Shown here: positions 63,430-64,000 of the stretch, piece by piece | How positions within the stretch are numbered: position 1 is the first letter of the stretch | How the letters are laid out: every line of letters starts with the position of its first letter | Assembly: GCA_965213705.1 (NCBI GenBank) | Contig: OZ243913.1 | Location: forward strand, 2,688,001 to 2,752,000 | Source of the DNA: Trueperaceae bacterium | GTDB taxonomy: Bacteria; Deinococcota; Deinococci; Deinococcales; Trueperaceae | DNA: 64,000 nucleotides | Direction of reading: 5' to 3' | Made by a program: the position numbers and the translations under genes | The notes under the pieces: model-generated | What the model was told of the DNA's origin: nothing | What the model saw: only the letters and a program-made list of their open reading frames with translations | Database searches by the model: none

Positions 63430-64000
63430 TCAGCGCTCTCCCAGGGGCACCAAACGCTGCCCGGCCAGGTCGATTTCGAACACGCCCGTCGCGGGTACGT
63501 CCACCGTGAAGGTGACGGTTTGCCCTAACTGCCGCGCCGTGACGCGGTGTGTGCCCGGCACCAAGTTAGCGGCGAAGCCGCCGCTGCGCAGCACGCCGTC
63601 GATGGACACCAAACCGCTTTGCGCAACGTCCCAGACGAGCATACGCTCAAAAATCGGCGTCAGGGCCCGCCCGACTTGGTTGACCCGGAAGTTCTGCACG
63701 GGAACCTGTAGCGTCAGCGTTTCAAAACCGGGACGCTGCAAGCTGAGGTTACGGGTGCCGGGTCTCGCCTGAACCGTCAACGGTGTGGTGCCGACCGCTT
63801 CGCCGTCTAAGTAGACCGTCGCGCTCGGGGTGCTCACGACCTGGATGCTGCCGCCGGTCACGGCCGTCAGCACGACGTTGACGAGTTGGGTTTGACCGCC
63901 GCGCAGGGTCAGGGTACGCATTTCGGGCAAAAAGCCCTCCTTGCGCACCTCGATACGGTAGGTGCCGGGTTGCAACATCAAAACGTCTAAGTTGGAGGTT
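63430..64000 (-). CDS. PEGA-domain protein (runs off the window)
   Basis: 'PGTYRIEVRKEGF', 'VSTPSATVYLDG..VGTTP' repeats. Confidence 0.75.
   Translation of the reverse strand, partial: TSNLDVLMLQPGTYRIEVRKEGFLPEMRTLTLRGGQTQLVNVVLTAVTGGSIQVVSTPSATVYLDGEAVGTTPLTVQARPGTRNLSLQRPGFETLTLQVPVQNFRVNQVGRALTPIFERMLVWDVAQSGLVSIDGVLRSGGFAANLVPGTHRVTARQLGQTVTFTVDVPATGVFEIDLAGQRLVPLGER

Overview
GC-rich bacterial chromosome segment, most consistent with Deinococcota (Truepera-like). This is an inference from gene content (bshB1, GSIII, mreD-mrdA-minC), many apparently leaderless genes and very frequent GCTCGAGC palindromes. The backbone is housekeeping: ABC transporters, htpG, sucCD, dcd, ispDE, plsY, prfA, glutamine synthetase III and five tRNAs. 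There are two accessory islands. The first (about 17.7-23.3 kb) holds a HEPN-motif gene interrupted by an IS1 and an IS5, followed by toxin-antitoxin cassettes separated by four copies of a ~41-bp direct repeat ending in GGCTCGAGCC. The second (about 53.3-58.9 kb) holds a type IIG restriction-modification gene and a tandemly accreted RelE/HicAB TA array next to tRNA-Arg(CCT). The best candidates for an undescribed system are (a) a DIP1984-like helical protein gene followed immediately by a ~208-nt multi-stem RNA with a tRNA-like T-loop and a possible pseudoknot, and (b) the repeat-delimited TA cassette array. Also notable are an HNH-type intein in dCTP deaminase and two more candidate structured ncRNAs. 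All family assignments come from recognising sequence motifs, not from database searches.
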